The notes below the pieces were generated by a model. It searched no databases. It was not told where the DNA came from and saw only the letters and a program-made list of their open reading frames with translations. 64,000 nt of DNA from Promethearchaeota archaeon. Lineage in GTDB: Archaea > Asgardarchaeota > Heimdallarchaeia > Hodarchaeales > Hodarchaeaceae. The stretch is from positions 99,062 to 163,061 of the forward strand of contig JBHLMN010000014.1 of NCBI GenBank assembly GCA_048938105.1, in the 5' to 3' direction. The first letter of the stretch is position 1, and each line of letters opens with the position of its first letter. This document shows positions 62,198 to 64,000 of this stretch, piece by piece. Made by a program: the position numbers and the translations under genes.

Positions 62198-62315
62198 CGC
62201 CAGCGGAGAGATTTGAACTCTCGAGCTCAGAGAGCACATGCTACCTGGAGAAACGAAAGGCTTTCTTTCATCAGAATTTCCAGGCATGCTTCCTACCGGA
62301 CTAGAATACGCTGGC
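62198..62315 (-). tRNA. tRNA-Ser(GGA) with 35-nt intron at 37/38 (62243-62277)
   Basis: GCCAGCG/CGCTGGC acceptor stem, CATGC-CT GGA A^A-GCATG, long variable arm, discriminator G. Confidence 0.93.
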
Positions 62316-63243
62316 TTTTGAATAACCTAAAGAATTTCCCAAATCATCATCTCTATAGGATTTATCATTTCTATATATCTTTTCTATTTGTGATTATTGG
62401 CTTCTGTAATGGAGAACCCTTTAGTCAAGTACGAGTGCCACTAAACCGTCAAATCAGATGATATTATTTTCTAGAGCGTTTTTCACATTGGAATTCAGAT
62501 TCAGTGGTTGTTTTCATAAGTGATTTTTATGTCTTCACGTAAGTAGTCATCCATAATTTCATAAACCGTATGAAAATTCTACATTGAATTAGCAAACACT
62601 TTTTGAAATACTTTCTTATCAAATAATTCATTTAATTGAGAAAATGATGATTTTGAAGTTCTTACCTTATGTATAGAATGAATGACAAGAAAAAATGATA
62701 TTAAGAATTTGGAATCAAAAAATCATCTGTTTCAACTTATAGCAGTTCATCAGGAAATTACTGACGTATTTTAATGTTAACAGATAAGCTATGTATTTAA
62801 GCCAGCAGCAAACTCCTTCACAGAAGTATCTGCCTTGATTTTGAATCTTATAGAATTCACTCTTTGTGAACATTATCTCGAAATCTCAAAATATAAGTTA
62901 TAATTGATAAAGCTAGCTTTCGTATAATATATACTTATACGATACGTGGTTGGTTTTCCCTGTACTCACTTCTACTCCGTTCTTTTTAAGATTGACCGAT
63001 AACTAGAATGACCTCTAGAGAGTGATTTTTTGATGGAAGACCATTTTCCCCGTTTTGAATTTTTTCTAAATAAGAGTAAGATCTCATTATTTTACGTTAC
63101 TAGGTACGAGTAAAGAGAAAATGGGAGGAAAATTTTCTATAGATACCCTTTTACTTACGATTATGTCTTCAACAACAAGAAAGTTCAGGTTCTTATCAAG
63201 TTTAGCTCCTTGACGTATTAGAACATAATAGGACACATATGTC

Positions 63244-64000
63244 TTAGACAGAGGTCTTTTTATCCTTTCGAAAGACTAAAACTATTAGTGCAGAGATGAT
63301 CAGAAAGGGGATGGGTTCAAAGATAGGTATTGTACTAGAGGAGGTATGTCGAGTGAAATATACCTCGGTATAATTAACATCATTGAGCCAAATATCACCC
63401 CGCATTCTGTTCTCCAAAGTAACACCACTCTCATTCCATGTTTTTTCAAATTTAAAATCAAGATGTGTGAGTAATCCGGTAGTCTTATTATAGCGTAATT
63501 CGAAACCACACTTTCTGCTACTATTCAACATTGTTGTTCTAGCAAGAGCCTTAAACCGTACCGTGTGAGAGGCGGGATTGCTGCCCGAGGAAAAATTGAG
63601 GAGAGGAGTCCAATTTGCTCTCCATGGAGAATACTGGATGAAAGACTCCGAATAGGGTACCAGGAACCACTTCTCGGTTGAGTTGGACGATAACACAGAT
63701 GAATTTAACCATAAAAGGTTGGTGGTTATCCCTTTGGTTGTATTGGCTAGGAAAGTGAGGAATGGAGTACCGTTTGAGGTGTTTCTTGGAACACTTTGCC
63801 AAGTAACCCGTAATTGCCCTTCAGGAACAAAAAGCGGGGTGTGCCAAAGTTCTGTATATTTAATAGTGTAATGAAGCCACTCTGAGTAAGAATGAGAGAC
63901 TAACCTGACACGAGCAGTGTGAAACTGTATAATATCTCCACACCCAAATTGTGTACCATTCTCATATTCTTCTGTAAAAATGGTTCCTGCTTGATACTCT
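63244..64000 (-). CDS. Secreted/surface protein with C-terminal membrane anchor (partial, starts beyond window)
   Basis: Frame open from 63999; N-glycosylation sequons; ends SSSTIPIFEPIPFLIISALIVLVFRKDKK. Confidence 0.7.
   Translation of the reverse strand, partial: EYQAGTIFTEEYENGTQFGCGDIIQFHTARVRLVSHSYSEWLHYTIKYTELWHTPLFVPEGQLRVTWQSVPRNTSNGTPFLTFLANTTKGITTNLLWLNSSVLSSNSTEKWFLVPYSESFIQYSPWRANWTPLLNFSSGSNPASHTVRFKALARTTMLNSSRKCGFELRYNKTTGLLTHLDFKFEKTWNESGVTLENRMRGDIWLNDVNYTEVYFTRHTSSSTIPIFEPIPFLIISALIVLVFRKDKKTSV

Noticed and set aside
62243-62277. CTGATGA in the tRNA-Ser introns as a hammerhead ribozyme or C/D box RNA
   Set aside because: No stem II followed by GAAA, and no separate downstream D box; the intron is too short
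62213-62461. 82-aa ORF
   Set aside because: Antisense to tRNA-Ser; spurious
62490-62900. Possible degraded minus-strand gene fragments after the tRNAs
   Set aside because: Multiple stops and no integrase or other recognisable motif
1-64000. CRISPR arrays, transposases, integrases
   Set aside because: No regularly spaced repeats or mobile-element proteins seen other than the intein

Overview
AT-rich archaeal chromosome segment, most likely an Asgard archaeon. Heimdallarchaeia/Hodarchaeales is an inference from ARPC4-like, longin, roadblock, RING, eL38 and eL41 genes. Most of the window is housekeeping: Nob1/NAD kinase/aIF5A, the proteasome-exosome superoperon, an intein-containing Cdc48, EF-1beta, a pilin, a surface-protein cluster, TrxR, pterin genes, DNA-repair genes, an hsp20-cdc48-PAC2-ArsR heat-shock operon, TmcA, RNase Z, cbf5, S13-S4-S11, and tRNAs Val, Thr and Ser plus a broken Ser copy. 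The outstanding observation is a circularly permuted 5S rRNA gene at 34837-34956. Its 3' half precedes its 5' half, the native ends are joined by a 3-nt loop, and the unit is enclosed in a processing stem with a bulge-helix-bulge/loop motif. Predicted cleavage and ligation of that motif gives an exactly 120-nt circular 5S rRNA with the canonical GAACCCGGAA|GUUAAG junction restored. Secondary candidates are a HerA-longin fusion facing a membrane-longin protein, an ARPC4 homologue with a Cys cluster, a TM-solenoid-RING protein, an unannotated eL41, and apparent ATA/CTG/ACG start codons. All calls come from reading the sequence by eye; no searches were run.
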